64,000 nt of DNA from Guillardia theta CCMP2712 (taxonomy: Eukaryota > Protista > Cryptophyta), in contig NW_005434655.1 in the NCBI RefSeq assembly GCF_000315625.1, positions 252,093 to 316,092 on the forward strand, read 5' to 3'. The notes under the pieces are model-generated. The model ran no database searches and was not told where the DNA came from. It was given only the letters and a program-made list of their open reading frames with translations. This document shows positions 12,745 through 27,709 of the stretch, in pieces (position 1 is the first letter of the stretch; every line of letters starts with the position of its first letter). The translations under genes and the position numbers were made by a program.

Positions 12745-13370
12745 TCTTCACTCAAAGTTAAATAACACAATCAGGCCCCGGAGAGTGACTCTGACACTCA
12801 ACACTACCGTCACGGTCCGATCGCCATCATGTGCGCGGCGCGTGACTCCACCTCGCCATGCGCACAATGATGGCAGCGAAGGCCCACAGACCCCATCCCC
12901 TGGCACATCTGGTGGATCGTATGCCAGCCGTGCCAGTCAGATAGCGGCCGAGTTAAGACGCCCCTTACGCGTTTCGACCTCCCTAGCCGTCCTCTCATGT
13001 CTGGATGCTTTGATTTCACATCCTAGCATACAGTCTATCTCTCATGTGCTCCTCAATTCTGGTTTCGTGTGCCGCGAAGTTAAACACGGTCTTGAGCAAA
13101 AACTGTCTGGTCGATATGATGTCTGCCGCTGATTACCTTGGCAAACTTCACAAGCCTAACCGTCAAACTTGTGCTCCGTCGTCACTATCCCCCTCACCCC
13201 CCGACAGGCCCGCCTCTGGTCCCGCCCCGCCTCCCCTCAGTGAGTCCGGCACGGGCCGGGCACTGACCGTGCCGTACTGAGGCCGTCACTGGGCAGACTG
13301 ACTCAGTGAGTCAGAGTCCGATCCCTAGCCTGAGTCCTCAGTGGCACCGTACGGTCGATCCAGCCCCAGG
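12745..13370. promoter_or_regulatory. Intergenic core upstream of FAM21 (palindromic words plus a TCACTCAAAGTTAA variant of the edge motif)
   Basis: CCGTCACGGT, TGAGTC, GACTCAGTGAGTC and CGGGCCGGG clusters at 12775-12825 and 13200-13360. Confidence 0.45.
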
Positions 13371-13736
13371 GTATGAGGGAGATGAGAAGGGATGGGGATG
13401 AGGGCCAATTGAATGCAGCGCCATGTCAGCAGTGGAAACATGGAAAGGGGAGAAGGACAGGAGGGGGGGAGGTAGCTGGCCATGAGCAGGTAGCTAGCCA
13501 TGGAGTGAAAGAGAGGGAGGGAGGAGGGAGGAGGGAGGAGTGAGGAGTGGATACGTCGGAGGGTATCAAGTGGAACATAAGGGGGACTTCTTACGAAGCA
13601 GACACAACGAACACAAAGAGAGATGGAGCAAGCACGAAGGGAGCACTCTAGTTCTAGAAGACACACATCAAATATTCTCTATATCCCAGCTACACCTCCT
13701 CCTAACGTCTCTTTCCAGCGTGCATTTCCAGGCACT

Positions 13737-16700
13737 ATGGCGGATGTTTCACCACCTCCACCGCCTCCCCCTCCCCCCCTCCCCCTCCACCCGCCTCCCC
13801 CTCCCCCTCCCCCCTCCTCCCCCTCCCCCAGGCGCCCCTGTTGTACAGAGCACTCCAGAGGTCCACACCAACCATGTCGCCGAGGTCAGCAAGACGGAGG
13901 CGGAGCGAAGGCTGATCTTTGAGGTGGTTCTTGCGCCGTGTGTGTCATGGGGCTGAAGAGCTTGCGCAGCTTCCCAAGACGATGGAGAAGCTGCGAGAGG
14001 ATGTGCTCGAGTGGTCCCTTGCCGACGACGTGGGTCTCCTCAGGGTCATCGAGGACGTGTCGTCGGACATTCGCAGCCAGATCCGGTTGGTGGAGAAAGA
14101 CGTGGACGACCTCTTGTTCGAGGCCTCCAGGGCCCACGTGGCACTTCGCAACACCTTCACGGACTTCTCCATGCTCTCCCACCGCCAGGTGCTGACGTGA
14201 CCGTCGAGCTCTCCTCCCCCGCTCACTCTTCTTGCAAGTTTGTTGAGAACCGCGTGTATGAGGAGGACGAGGTTGTGAAGACCAAGACGGATAGCAAGAA
14301 CGAGAACGCGGTAGCTTCCTCTTCCCTCCCTCCCTCCCTCCCTCCCTCCCTCCCTCCCTCCCTCCCTCCCCTCCCTCCCTCCCTCCTCCTTTCCCTCACC
14401 TTTTCCTGCTCACACGTCTTCTCCAGACTCCTCAGAACGATGCTCAGACAAGGGAGGCGAATCTTGTCCCCAAGGTGAGAGGAGGGCAAGGGAGGTCGCC
14501 GGAGTCTGACTGCCCGCTGCAGTACACGCAAGCGATCGCTGCCTCCTACAAGGTCCTGCGATCACGCGTCCACTCCCTCGAGCAGATCTCGAGCACTTCG
14601 CGAGGCAGCTACAGCAGGCGCCCTCTCCCTCTTGTCATCGGGTCCTCAAAATTCAACAGCAATGACGTGGTGATGTGTTGAGGAGGAGGAGGAGGAGGAG
14701 GAGGAGGAGGAGGATGTGCAGGGCTGATTCCTACCTGCAGGCTGGGATGTGCAGCGCGCTTGAAAGGTGCGAGGCCCCCGTGGAAGAAGAATTTGTGTCC
14801 GAGGAGGAAGAGGAGTTTGTTCCCCGGGCCAAGCAGCATGCCGCCCAGCCGACTGCCAACCACCAAGAGAACGGGGAGCAAGAGAACGAGGTTGCCTGCT
14901 GCAAGGGGGAAGGGGCTCTAGATTGAAGCTTCTTGTTTACGCAGAACATCTTTGCAAGGGCTCTGGACATAGTGGAAGGAGAGGGGCTGTCTAGTCGTCG
15001 TGATGTGACGTCGAATGGAGGTCTGTGTGGTTATTCTGATGTGAAGGTGAAGTGTTTGTCTCCTCAGCTTCTGCTCTCACGTCAAATCCCGTCGTTGACG
15101 ACGACGACGACGACGACGAGATCTTTGGTGGAGGATTCTTTGGGAGCATCACCAGCAGGAAGAAGAATGTTGGCTTGTTCGGCGACGAGGTGACCTGGCG
15201 ACATCTGCCCGTCGTGCTGCTGACGTTATCGACTTCCTCTGTTTGCTCGTAGCCTGTCCAGGACGACAGAGACTATGTCGATCTCTTCAGCAAACAACCT
15301 GCAGAGGCCAAGAGTTCCTTCATGCCGGAGGAGGGGGCCAAGGATCTGTTCACTCCTGCCTCAGGTTTCAAGCTCTTGTTCTCTCTCCTTGTTTGTTCGA
15401 ACGGCTTCTCCTTGCTGCGAGCCTCCTCGCTGACCTCTCGTGCTACAGGCTCCTTGTTCGGCCCACCGGACGACGCACATGACGATCAGAAGGTGAGGAG
15501 ATCCTGCGAGATGCTCGAGCTTGACCGGTAGAGCAGGAGAAGAAAGATCAGGTGGCTGATCAGCCAGCAAAGACAAACTCACTCCTTGCTGCATCCAAGG
15601 TGAGGGGAGTAGGAGAGGAGACGACCCTGTGTGTTGATGTCGGAGGGCAGCACAAGGTCCGGAGGCCTGACTCGAGCAGCGACGAGGACAAGGACGAGTG
15701 GAGTGATGACGATAGCGTTCCTGCTGCTCAAGGATCCAAGGCCGTGAAGGAGGAGACGAAGCATAGCAGCTCCACTCAGCGGCAGCGGGGGAGGCTAGAT
15801 GGCTTGTTTGACGACGATGACTCTTTCTTGTACGACTTATTGGTGGAGGGGAAGGGGCTGGTGACTGACTTGGTGGGTCGAAGATTTGGTGGAACCTCTA
15901 CGGCGGCGCAGAAATCGTCCCCGGCGATAGTGAGCGATTGTGGATATTTTGTGCACCAGGGCCTGACATGTTACTCTTTCAGAATGTACCCTCGCAGACT
16001 TCAAACACCAAGAAAGGATTGTTTGATGATGACGATGATTTCGTACCTGTCATCAAACCGGTGAGAAATTGTGCACGATATATCCGCTGCGAAAGAGGGA
16101 GCAGGCAAGGAGGGCAAGAGAGTTGGAGTGCTCGCGAGATCTAGGAGAAGAACAAAAATCTAACGAATGCTGTGTGGTCACAGACAAGCACTGCTGGAGG
16201 GGGAGCAAGCAAGGCAGAGGCCAAGCCCAAGGGCGGACTCTTCGGGGATGACGACGACGATCTGTTCAGCAGCAAGGCGAAGGTAGGCAGGAGGGAGAGG
16301 GAAGAGAAGGAGGGAGGATGTTGAGGGGGGAAGAAAACGAGCAGGAACGAAAGTCAAGGAAGAGACTGACGTATTGACGGTATGTCTGCAGGCGACTGCG
16401 GCACCAGCTGGGGGATCAGCAGCTGCGAGCAAGGCAGAGGCTAAGCCCAAGGGAGGACTCTTCGGGGATGACGACGACGATCTGTTCAGCAGCAAGGCGA
16501 AGGTAGGGAGGAGGAGAGGAGGAAGAGGAAGGGCAAGAGGGAGTGGGTCTGTACGGGGAGGGCTGACGGACGCGATGGTACAGCCCAAGGCAGCACCAGC
16601 ACCAGCATCGGCATCGGCAGGGACGCCAGGAGGAGGGGCAAGCAAGGCAGAGGCTAAGCCCAAGGGCGGACTCTTCGGGGACGATGCGGAGGAGGATCTG

Positions 16701-18316
16701 TTCAGCAGCAAGGCGAAGGTAGGGAGAGGGGAGGAGGAAGAGGTAGGGGGAGGGCTGACGGACGCGATGGTACAGCCCAAGGCACCACCAGCACCAGCAG
16801 CATCGGCATCGGCAGGGACGCCAGGAGGAGGGACGAGCAAGGCAGAGGCTAAGCCCAAGGGAGGACTCTTCGGGGATGACGACGACGACGACGATCTGTT
16901 CAGCAGCAAGGCGAAGGTAGGGAGGAGGAGAGGAGGAAGAGGAAGGGCAGGAGAGAGTGGGTCTGTACAGGGAGGGCTGACGGACGCGATGGTACAGCCC
17001 AAGGCAGCACCAGCAGCAGCAGCCTCACCGGCAGCAGCATCGGCATCGGCAGGGACGCCAGGAGGAGGGGCAAGCAAGGCAGAGGCTAAGCCCAAGGGCG
17101 GACTCTTCGGGGACAATGCGGAGGAGGATCTGTTCAGCAGCAAGGCGAAGGTAGGGAGGAGGAGAGGAGGAAGAGGTAGGGGGAGGGCTGACGGACGCGA
17201 TGGTACAGCCCAAGGCAGCAGCACCAGCATCGGCATCGGCAGGGACGCCAGGAGGAGGGGCAAGCAAGGCAGAGGCTAAGCCCAAGGGCGGACTCTTCGG
17301 GGACGATGCGGAGGAGGATCTGTTCAGCAGCAAGGCGAAGGTAGGGAGAGGGGAAGGGGAGCAGAAGAGAGATGGAAGGACAAGTCTGTGAGACTAGGAG
17401 GGAGCAGGAGGGAGCGGGAGGAAGGGCAAGAGCAGAGGGCTGTCAGACTGAGAGGGGCGGTTTTAGGCGCAGGCGGCAGCAGCAGTGGAAGGAACGTCAG
17501 GGGGAGTATCAGGAGGGACGAGCAAGGCAGAGGCTAAGCCCAAGGGCGGACTCTTCGGGGATGACGACGACGACGACGATCTGTTCAGCAGCAAGGCGAA
17601 GGTAGGGAGAGGGGAGGAGGAAGAGGAAGGGCAAGAGGGAGTGGGTCTGTACGGGGAGGGCTGACGGACGCGATGGTACAGCCCAAGGCAGCAGCACCAG
17701 CACCAGCACCAGCAGCCTCACCGGCACCAGCACCAGCAGCATCGGCATCGGCAGGGACGCCAGGAGGAGGGACGAGCAAGGCAGAGGCTAAGCCCAAGGG
17801 CGGACTCTTCGGGGACGATGCGGAGGAGGATCTGTTCAGCAGCAAGGCGAAGGTAGGGAGAGGGGAGAAGGAAGCAGGAGGGAGCAGAAGGAAGGGCGAA
17901 AATTTGAAGACTGATTGAGATGTTTGTAGAAAACGACAAGAACAGCAGCACCCCCACCCTCCAAAGACGAAGCCCAGCTCTCCTCGACCTCCAACAGCCG
18001 CAAACTGGCAATGACACTCAACATCAATCCCTCAGCCATGCTGCCTGGGGCCAAGCATCCCAAGAAGAGCGAGGAAGAGAAGAAGGAGGAGAGGAGGGAG
18101 GAAACCAGGGAGGAAAGAAGGGAAGAAAAGCGGGAGGAAAGGAGGGAGGAGAAGAAGGAGGGGGAAACGGCTGGGTCTGTTCTACAGCACGAGACGGCCC
18201 AGAGGCCGAAACTGGCAGGGAGGAGGAGGCCTACGTCGAGACTTCCAGGTGCGAGCTCGGAAGCAGCAGAAACTTCAGGGGTAGAGGCGAAAGCAGAGGG
18301 CGTCGCGCAGGCTCCA

Positions 18317-18351
<35 letters not shown>

Positions 18352-18413
18352 AGTGGTGAAGCAGGTGCAGGAGGTGCAGAAGGCAAAGGAGAAGGAGGAG
18401 GCGCGAAAGGCGC

Positions 18414-18447
<34 letters not shown>

Positions 18448-18490
18448 AATCTTTTCATCCAAGCCCACCTCCTCTAAGTCAATCTTCTAA
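13737..18490 (+). CDS. WASHC2: WASH complex subunit FAM21 (multi-exon)
   Basis: N-terminal EWSLADDVGLL...LRNTFTDFSMLSHRQ|FVENRVYEEDE, then RPLPLVIGS, many LFa motifs (GLFGDDDDDLF), LNINPSAMLPGA, and a capping-protein-interaction motif LQHETAQRPKLAGRRRP. Stop TAA 18488-18490. Confidence 0.92.
16184..17860 (+). repeat. Tandem exon+intron units in FAM21 (8 KAEAKPKGGLFGD..DLFSSKAK exons)
   Basis: GGACTCTTCGGGGA occurs 8 times. Each copy ends AAGGCGAAG|GTAGG. Five introns end with the identical GGCTGACGGACGCGATGGTACAG. Confidence 0.93.
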
Positions 18491-18622
18491 AGCCTCTCAA
18501 CTAACTAAACCCTCTTGAACTACCCTCCCTAAGTCACTTCCTACACCTGCAGACCACCTGCTGGGCTCGGCTGGTGACTTTCACACCCCCCAGCTGGTTT
18601 CCAGCAGTTCTCCGCGCTCGCC

Positions 18623-21237
<2,615 letters not shown>

Positions 21238-21289
21238 AAACTACTACTCCCTTTATATGCGACCTCTCTTTCTTTTAACTTTTACAGGT

Positions 21290-21400
21290 CCTGGCGGACC
21301 GCCGGGCCCGGCGGCCCGACTCAGAGTCACGGTTGCTCCGAGCCTCCGATCGGAGCCTGAGGCTCTCAGCGGCGGCCCGGCCAAGGATATGGCACTGAAG
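21290..21400. promoter_or_regulatory. Intergenic GC core immediately upstream of the PDZ-TPR gene
   Basis: GCCGGGCCCGGC, GACTCAGAGTCACGGT, CGGCCCGGCC. Confidence 0.45.
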
Positions 21401-22050
21401 AACTTGTAGGTAGCGAGACAATCTGTACACTGTCTGATGCGCGCTTGCACAGCAGCAGCAGACGCTCACTGAACTACTTGGCTCGGCCAGTTGAGCCTCG
21501 CGAGATTACCTAGAGAGTTGCTACACCCGGGTGCTACCTGAAGGTCACTAGTCTACAGCTGACTACCACTTGGATCCGACCAAAGTCCAGTTGACGTGTG
21601 ACAGGCAGACACGGTCACAGAGCTGAAGGAACATTCCACTTCGAACAAGCTCAGTTGATTTCGATCCATGGTGACAAAGGAAGTCACAACAGATCGGTGG
21701 GTAGAGAGAGTCAGTACCGTACACTTCTAGTGTGTACTACAGATCAGTGCACTCGGTCAGTACACCGAGTACCGTCCGATTACTAGTCTATGTAGACTGA
21801 GATCATTGCACTACTAGTACCGTACTGAGAAGGTAGAGGGATCAGTACATTACCAGTAGAGATCATCAACGGTGGAGAGATCAGTAAACCACTGTTAGTA
21901 GGCAGAGAGATCAGACAGAGGCTGATAAGTGACAAGGGCCCCATAGCAGACTATTTACAGTATCACTGCTCTTCGTTCTAGTATCCACACTTGCCTTGCA
22001 ATGTTCAAATCTTGCTGGTGTTGCCTCGTAGCTGCATCAATGAAGATCTT

Positions 22051-22923
22051 TCAGCACATCTGCTCCCCCTGGTCTGCGTCTTTCGGATCGAGCCCCTTGA
22101 AGTCTTGCGATGAGTTTGGATCTGCCAGCCAGGCGAGCCCTCCTTCGATACCGCTCCCTGGCAGTTCAAACATCACAGAGAGATTTGCCGACGTCCTCTG
22201 TCTTGACTTGCCTGTCAGGGCGCAGCAGCCCTGCACCAAGAGCGGCCTCCCTTTGATCGAATCGAGCTCGAACGCTTCCTGCACGACTCCTTCCTCATGC
22301 ATGCCGCCAAGCGATCAAGAGGGAGGACTCACAGTGATGTCCTCCACCGACATGGCGTCGGAACGATCTTGCTTGTTGGCGTATACCAGCAGAGGCTTGA
22401 GATGACGTCAGCACTTGCGGTCAACACTGACCTTGTTGGTGAATACATACCACATTTTGTAGTACGTCCGACTCCAACAAGTCCTTCAGCAGATCCTTGG
22501 CTTCCTTGATCCTGAGAGGACGTCAAGTGACACAACCGTCAAGGGCTGTAGAAAAACCATTGGCGGTCGCAGCTATCAATCACGAAAACAATGCCTTTCT
22601 TCTTATATTTTACCAGGTTCGTGCAAAGGGTTTTCTGGAACACTGGCCGGCTCTGGCAACCAGATGAGAGGAGATCAAGCATGTGAGGTGAAAGAGAGGA
22701 TTACCCTCTGTTCTCCTCCAACGTCGAAGAAAGTGAAAGTGATGTCGCCACGTTCAAGCGTCTCCATATTCGATCCAACAGTGTGCGACGTTGTGACGCA
22801 GGTTCCAGAGACCCAATGGTACAGTATGGTCGTCTTTCCTGACTCAGCGTCTCCCGTCATCAAGACGCCTATCTTCTGCTTCCACGACACTGTCTGCAGC
22901 AGTCGAGTGAAGACTCCGCCCAT
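22051..22923 (-). CDS. ARF/ARL-family small GTPase (atypical, multi-exon)
   Basis: MG myristoylation start, P-loop GDAESGKT, switch I HTVG, FDVGG, GIVFVIDS, LLVYANKQD, GCCALTG, GIEGGLAWL. Confidence 0.88.
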
Positions 22924-24006
22924 GCCTCAAGTCCAGATGATTGAATGAATCGACACTCAAGATTTCAGAGCGGTTTGCTGCCAGCCTTACCGGCACTCCG
23001 CTCGTGGAGGATGGAAAGGAATCGGAGTGACTGGAATCTGATTTGAATTGTGAGGACAGGAGAGAGAGAGAGAGCAGCTGCCGAAAGAAAGCCAGGAGGA
23101 TCGCAGTGCAGGATAGTTGGAGTTGCAGGGGAAGGAAAATGTTCGAGTCTGGACTCGAGCACGGAAACCGCAATATGAAGAGAAGATGAAGCGAGGCGGA
23201 GGAAGAATCAAGGAGCTCAACAGGGAGGATGATGAGTAAGGAGAGGAGGAGAGAAGGAGAGGAGGAGAGGAAGAGAGGGAGAGGGAGAGGGCGCGAGTGG
23301 AGGGAGGGGGGCAGGGGACAAAATTTTTGCAGGCTCAATTCTTTAGCTAGAGATCCCGCAAGGTGCATCTCTTGTAGGGTAGGGGTACTTTTGATGGGTA
23401 GGGTAGTAATCTGAAAGACTGTGTATACCCATAGATATCCATGAAAAAGAGGGGTAGGGTTTCATAAAGAGGGGTAGATTGAAGTAGGGGTACTGAGGGA
23501 AATAGGGGTAGTCGAGGAATGCGGCTTGCCAGGATTTCCATGCCATCACACATGCTGTCTCTGCAGTTCCCCTCCCCTCACTCCTCCCCTCCTCCTCGCC
23601 CTATCCTCCCGTTCCTCATCCGGTCATAGCATCCTCGCCTCCTGATCTCCTCTGCTGTCCTCTCCTGCTCTTCGCTTCCTCACTTTTCTCCCTTCCTCGT
23701 TTGGTCGATTCACTCACCCCGTCCATTTGTATACCTGACGTGAAATTCTTCCTTCTCTTTCTCTCTCCTCTCCTTTATCCCTCCATCGTTCGCACCTTCT
23801 CTTCCTCCTTCTCCAGTCCACATTTCTTCTTGCAGACTCCTTACATGGCACTGATGGAGGGCTGCAACCCCCGTTCATGCTGCTCATCGATGACAGAACG
23901 ATAGCAATCGATCTTCAAACTCAAGACATTGAACTTGCAGACATGCGCCTGAACACTTGCAGAGATCATCAGCTACAACGATCGAGTTGATCTCTTACTC
24001 GACGCC

Positions 24007-27000
24007 ATGAGCGTCAGTCAGACCGCACCAGTGCGTCAAGGCAGGTTGTTACAGCGAGCTACCTGGCTTCTAGTTCTGGTCCTCCACGCTCTCTCCTTCG
24101 CGTTCTGCCATGGATGCTCCGTCTTGATATCAGCAGAGCCTCACCACGACTGCCAGGAAAGGACGTGGGTGCTAGAGGGAGGAGTGAAGGGTCACTGGAG
24201 CCAGGGGATAGACATCCTCGTCTTCGAGTGCGAAATGGTCAACCTTGTGCTGATGGCGTCAGGTTGTGAGGCAGCAGAGCAGCAGCCGGTCAAAGTGAGG
24301 ATCGACACGGGCGAGCACTTTATCCATAGGGGGAGCTACACCTCCTCCGAGCAGCCCTCTTTCCGCCTCGAGATCCCTGGCGTCTCCGAGTCCGGCATTG
24401 ACGTTCCCCTCCTGCACCTTGCCGATGGCATGTACAACCTGACTGCCCACTTCGGACATCCCCTTCACCTTGCGGCCAGCACCATGTTCGCCAAGCTCTC
24501 TCCCCACGTCAACCCTGCTCTGGAGGTCATGTTCCCTCCCCAACGGTACACTTTCGGCAACGACATGGAGCCTTTCCTGCAGGTCTACGTGCAGGACCGT
24601 GACGCTTCCATAGCAGCATCAGGAACCACAGCAGGAGCATCGAAGCAGCTCGCGTTCTACCTGAACATCACGATCAGGAGGCTCGAGGGAGAAGAGGTGG
24701 TGGAGGAGAAGACGGTCATGGAATGGTCGCCGAATTCACGGAAAATCTTTCTCGGGAGGCACATGGAGGCATCGGGAACTTACAAGATCGAGATGGTGAT
24801 CTATGATGCTGTGCTCCGTCCGACAGATGCTCGAGAAGAAGTCCTTGTCATGATCTCCCACTCATCGCGCTCCCCTCTCGCCTGCATCGCTGGGGAACCA
24901 GAGTGTACCCCTCAGGCGACAGACAGGACGGGAGAGGAATGGTTTCAGGGGGGGAATCATTCTACCTTCCTCGATCGACTGGTTGATGCCGTCCAATCTC
25001 ATTGCCCGCAGATTTCACCGCAGGACAGACATTGTCGGGACAAGGAGCAGGATGCTTGCAGCGGACATGGGTGGTGTTTGGACAGTTTCTGCTACTGCTA
25101 TCAAGACTATGCTGGTCCGAAATGTGATACCCACTTGCTGTCTGCTCTGCAATATTTGCCCTCCTCCTATCCGACGCAGGACGTGTCCCACTGCCATCAA
25201 AGTATTGCTCTGTCGAGGTGAGAGTGGAAGGCAGGACAGCAGGACGAGATCTGAAAGGGAGAAGGGAGGAGGGGGAAGCGGAGGGAGGAAGAGCGCGGGG
25301 AGGAAATTACACCTGACTGATGCATTTCAGGGGGATGGAGGGCCTGTCGCGAACTTATAATGCTCTGCAAAATCCAGCTGTATGTGATGATAGCAAGGTG
25401 AGAAGACTCGTTGCTGCTCTGTCGAAGATGCAATGAATGACATGTAAGCTCTGCCGATTGAGGAACTTTTATGTCTTGATACAAGATGTACCTGTTCGTT
25501 CATGGGGCAAACGATGACTATGTTCAAGTCTATTCAGCGGAGGTTCAACAAGACCCAAGGGCTGGGCGTCACTTTCCGTTGGCTCTCCCTCTCTCTCCTC
25601 TTGTCTCTTGCAGAGCAGAAGGTGAGCAAGATTTCAATGAACTTCACTCCTCCTCTCTCCCCCCTCCTTCAACATGCATGTCGCTCTACTCTTGTTCTTC
25701 CTCTTCGCGCCACTTTCCATCTCTCGCTCCCACTCGTTCACTCGTCGGGATTCAGACGCTGCTGATCGGAGGGAAGTGGCGAGCTTTCAACTTCGAAGGA
25801 TGCAGCGATCGCGGGCTCTGGTGCTACCTCCTGCCCAGCAGCAACTGTAGCGTGAGCAGTTGGCGCTGGGAGGAGATCAGTGAGAAAGATTTCTATATGC
25901 CACAGGTAAAGGAGCAACGACGTGCATGTTCTCCCAGCAGCCCCTGGCGGCTCCCCTGTCCTCTCGTTTCTGCTCCTTTTCCACTTCGCTCCTCCTCCTC
26001 CTCCTCCTCCTCCTCCTCCTCCTCCTCCTCCTCCTCTCTTCTTTCTCTTCTAGTCCCCTCCTCTCCTCTCACCCCTCCTCTTCCCTTTTCCCCCTCCTCT
26101 CTCCTCCTCCTCTCATCACCCCTTCACCTCTCTCGTCGACTGCTGCTATGTACTCCCATAGTCCCATCTTCCGCCCCTGCCATTCTCTTCATCTCCGCCT
26201 CCTCTTGCTCCCTCCTCCTGACTCCTCCCTTCCTTTCAGGTGCTTGTCGTCCCCTCTGAAGGGATCGACCAGGGGCAGCTGTGGTGGAGCTCGCAGATGA
26301 CGCATCTGATCATGAGGCCCTCAGTTGACTTGAAAGAGAAGGTGCGACGGATCAAGGTGAAGGAGGAGGAGGAGGAGGAGGAGGAGGAGGAGGACTGAGG
26401 AGGAGGAGGAGGAGGAAGACTGAGGAGGAGGAGGAGGAGGAGGAGGAGGACTGAGGAGGAGTAGGAGGAGGAGTACCAAGGGTTTGAGTGAGAGAGGAGG
26501 AGGAGGAGGAGGGAGAGGTGGGAGTGGAAGATAAGCAGCAGCAGCAGCAGGTGGTGGTGGTGGGGCTGCTGCTGATGAGAGCGTCTTGTCAGAATTCTCT
26601 CAGCTGGTCTGGTCGAGTCGTGGGGCTTCACGTCCGGCATGGAGACTCTTGTGCTGACATCGCTCGCCGTCGTTGCCTGCCTGCTGGGAAGTACCTGGAG
26701 GTGAGGAGGAGGATGGCAAGGGATGCGAAGAGGAGGCGTGCCAGGAGTGGAAGTGAGTTGAGGATGAGGAAGAGGAGCAGAGGAAGGTCAAGAAGCGGGT
26801 AGAGGAGAGGCGAGGAGAGGCGAGGAGAGCAGAGGTCGGGAAGAGGTGAGGAGAGGCGAGGAAAGGTGGGGAGAGGCGGGAGCGGGAACAAGACAGGAGA
26901 AGAAAAGAAGGGACGTGGAGAGGGTTAGGCAAGGGAGGGAGAGAGGAGGGAAAGACGGATGGATCGGCTCCCTTGTAACATTTGAGGAGGTGGCGGAGGA

Positions 27001-27279
27001 AGTCCTTTCACGCTACCGGATGGACGCGATCTACTTGGCAACTGACGACCCTGTGGTGGTGGAGGAGGCGAAGAAGAGAGGAGTGAGGTAGGACGCATGT
27101 ACTATCTTCCCTTCTTTCTTCCCTTCCTTGGGCGCATTGTGGTCTACCTGCTCCTTGGAGGATGGAGAGTGAGGAGCTGACGGCGAGGCAGGTACATCTC
27201 TGCTCCCATCAAGCGCCACCTTTTCAGCAACCACATGTACATCGAGCATCGGCTCAACTTGGGCGTCGTCGACAGGAAG
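24007..27279 (+). CDS. Secretory EGF-like + GT23 (alpha-1,6-fucosyltransferase/NodZ-like) protein; 3' end lost in the gap at 27571-27670
   Basis: N-terminal hydrophobic anchor or signal peptide; EGF-like CSGHGWCLDSFCYCYQDYAGPKCD; fucosyltransferase motif I GLHVRHGDSC and motif II IYLATDDP; WCYLLPSSNC. Confidence 0.75.
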
Positions 27280-27570
27280 GTTGGGAGGAGGAGGAAGGGG
27301 GAGACGAACGAGAGTTGGAGAAGTTATGAGTGAGAGGCTGGGGAAGAAAGTGGAGAAAGGGGGGATGACAATGGGAGAGAAGTCAAGTGCAGATGGAGGC
27401 AGGGTTGGTAGGAAGGAGGGTCATGGTAGGAGACATTGGGGAAGGGTTGAGGAGAGCGAGGAGGGAGGGAGGAAGGAGGAAGTAGGGAGGGAGGAGGGAG
27501 GAGGGAGGCGGGAGGAGGGGGGGGGGGGAGGTGGTGGGTGGGAGGGCGTCGGTCGTGGAACCCGTCCCGA

Positions 27571-27670
27571 NNNNNNNNNNNNNNNNNNNNNNNNNNNNNN
27601 NNNNNNNNNNNNNNNNNNNNNNNNNNNNNNNNNNNNNNNNNNNNNNNNNNNNNNNNNNNNNNNNNNNNNN
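27571..27670. other. Assembly gap (100 N); others at 19004-19103, 29290-29389, 30672-30771, 42512-42611
   Basis: Runs of exactly 100 n, all flanked by simple repeats or purine/pyrimidine tracts. Confidence 0.99.
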
Positions 27671-27709
27671 GATGATGAGGAGGAGGAGGAGGAGGAGGAG
27701 GAGGAGGAC

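Noticed and set aside
16184-17860. Repeat-spacer pattern resembling a CRISPR array
   Set aside because: The repeats are FAM21 exons with GT-AG introns; the spacers are related to each other; no cas genes; eukaryotic context.
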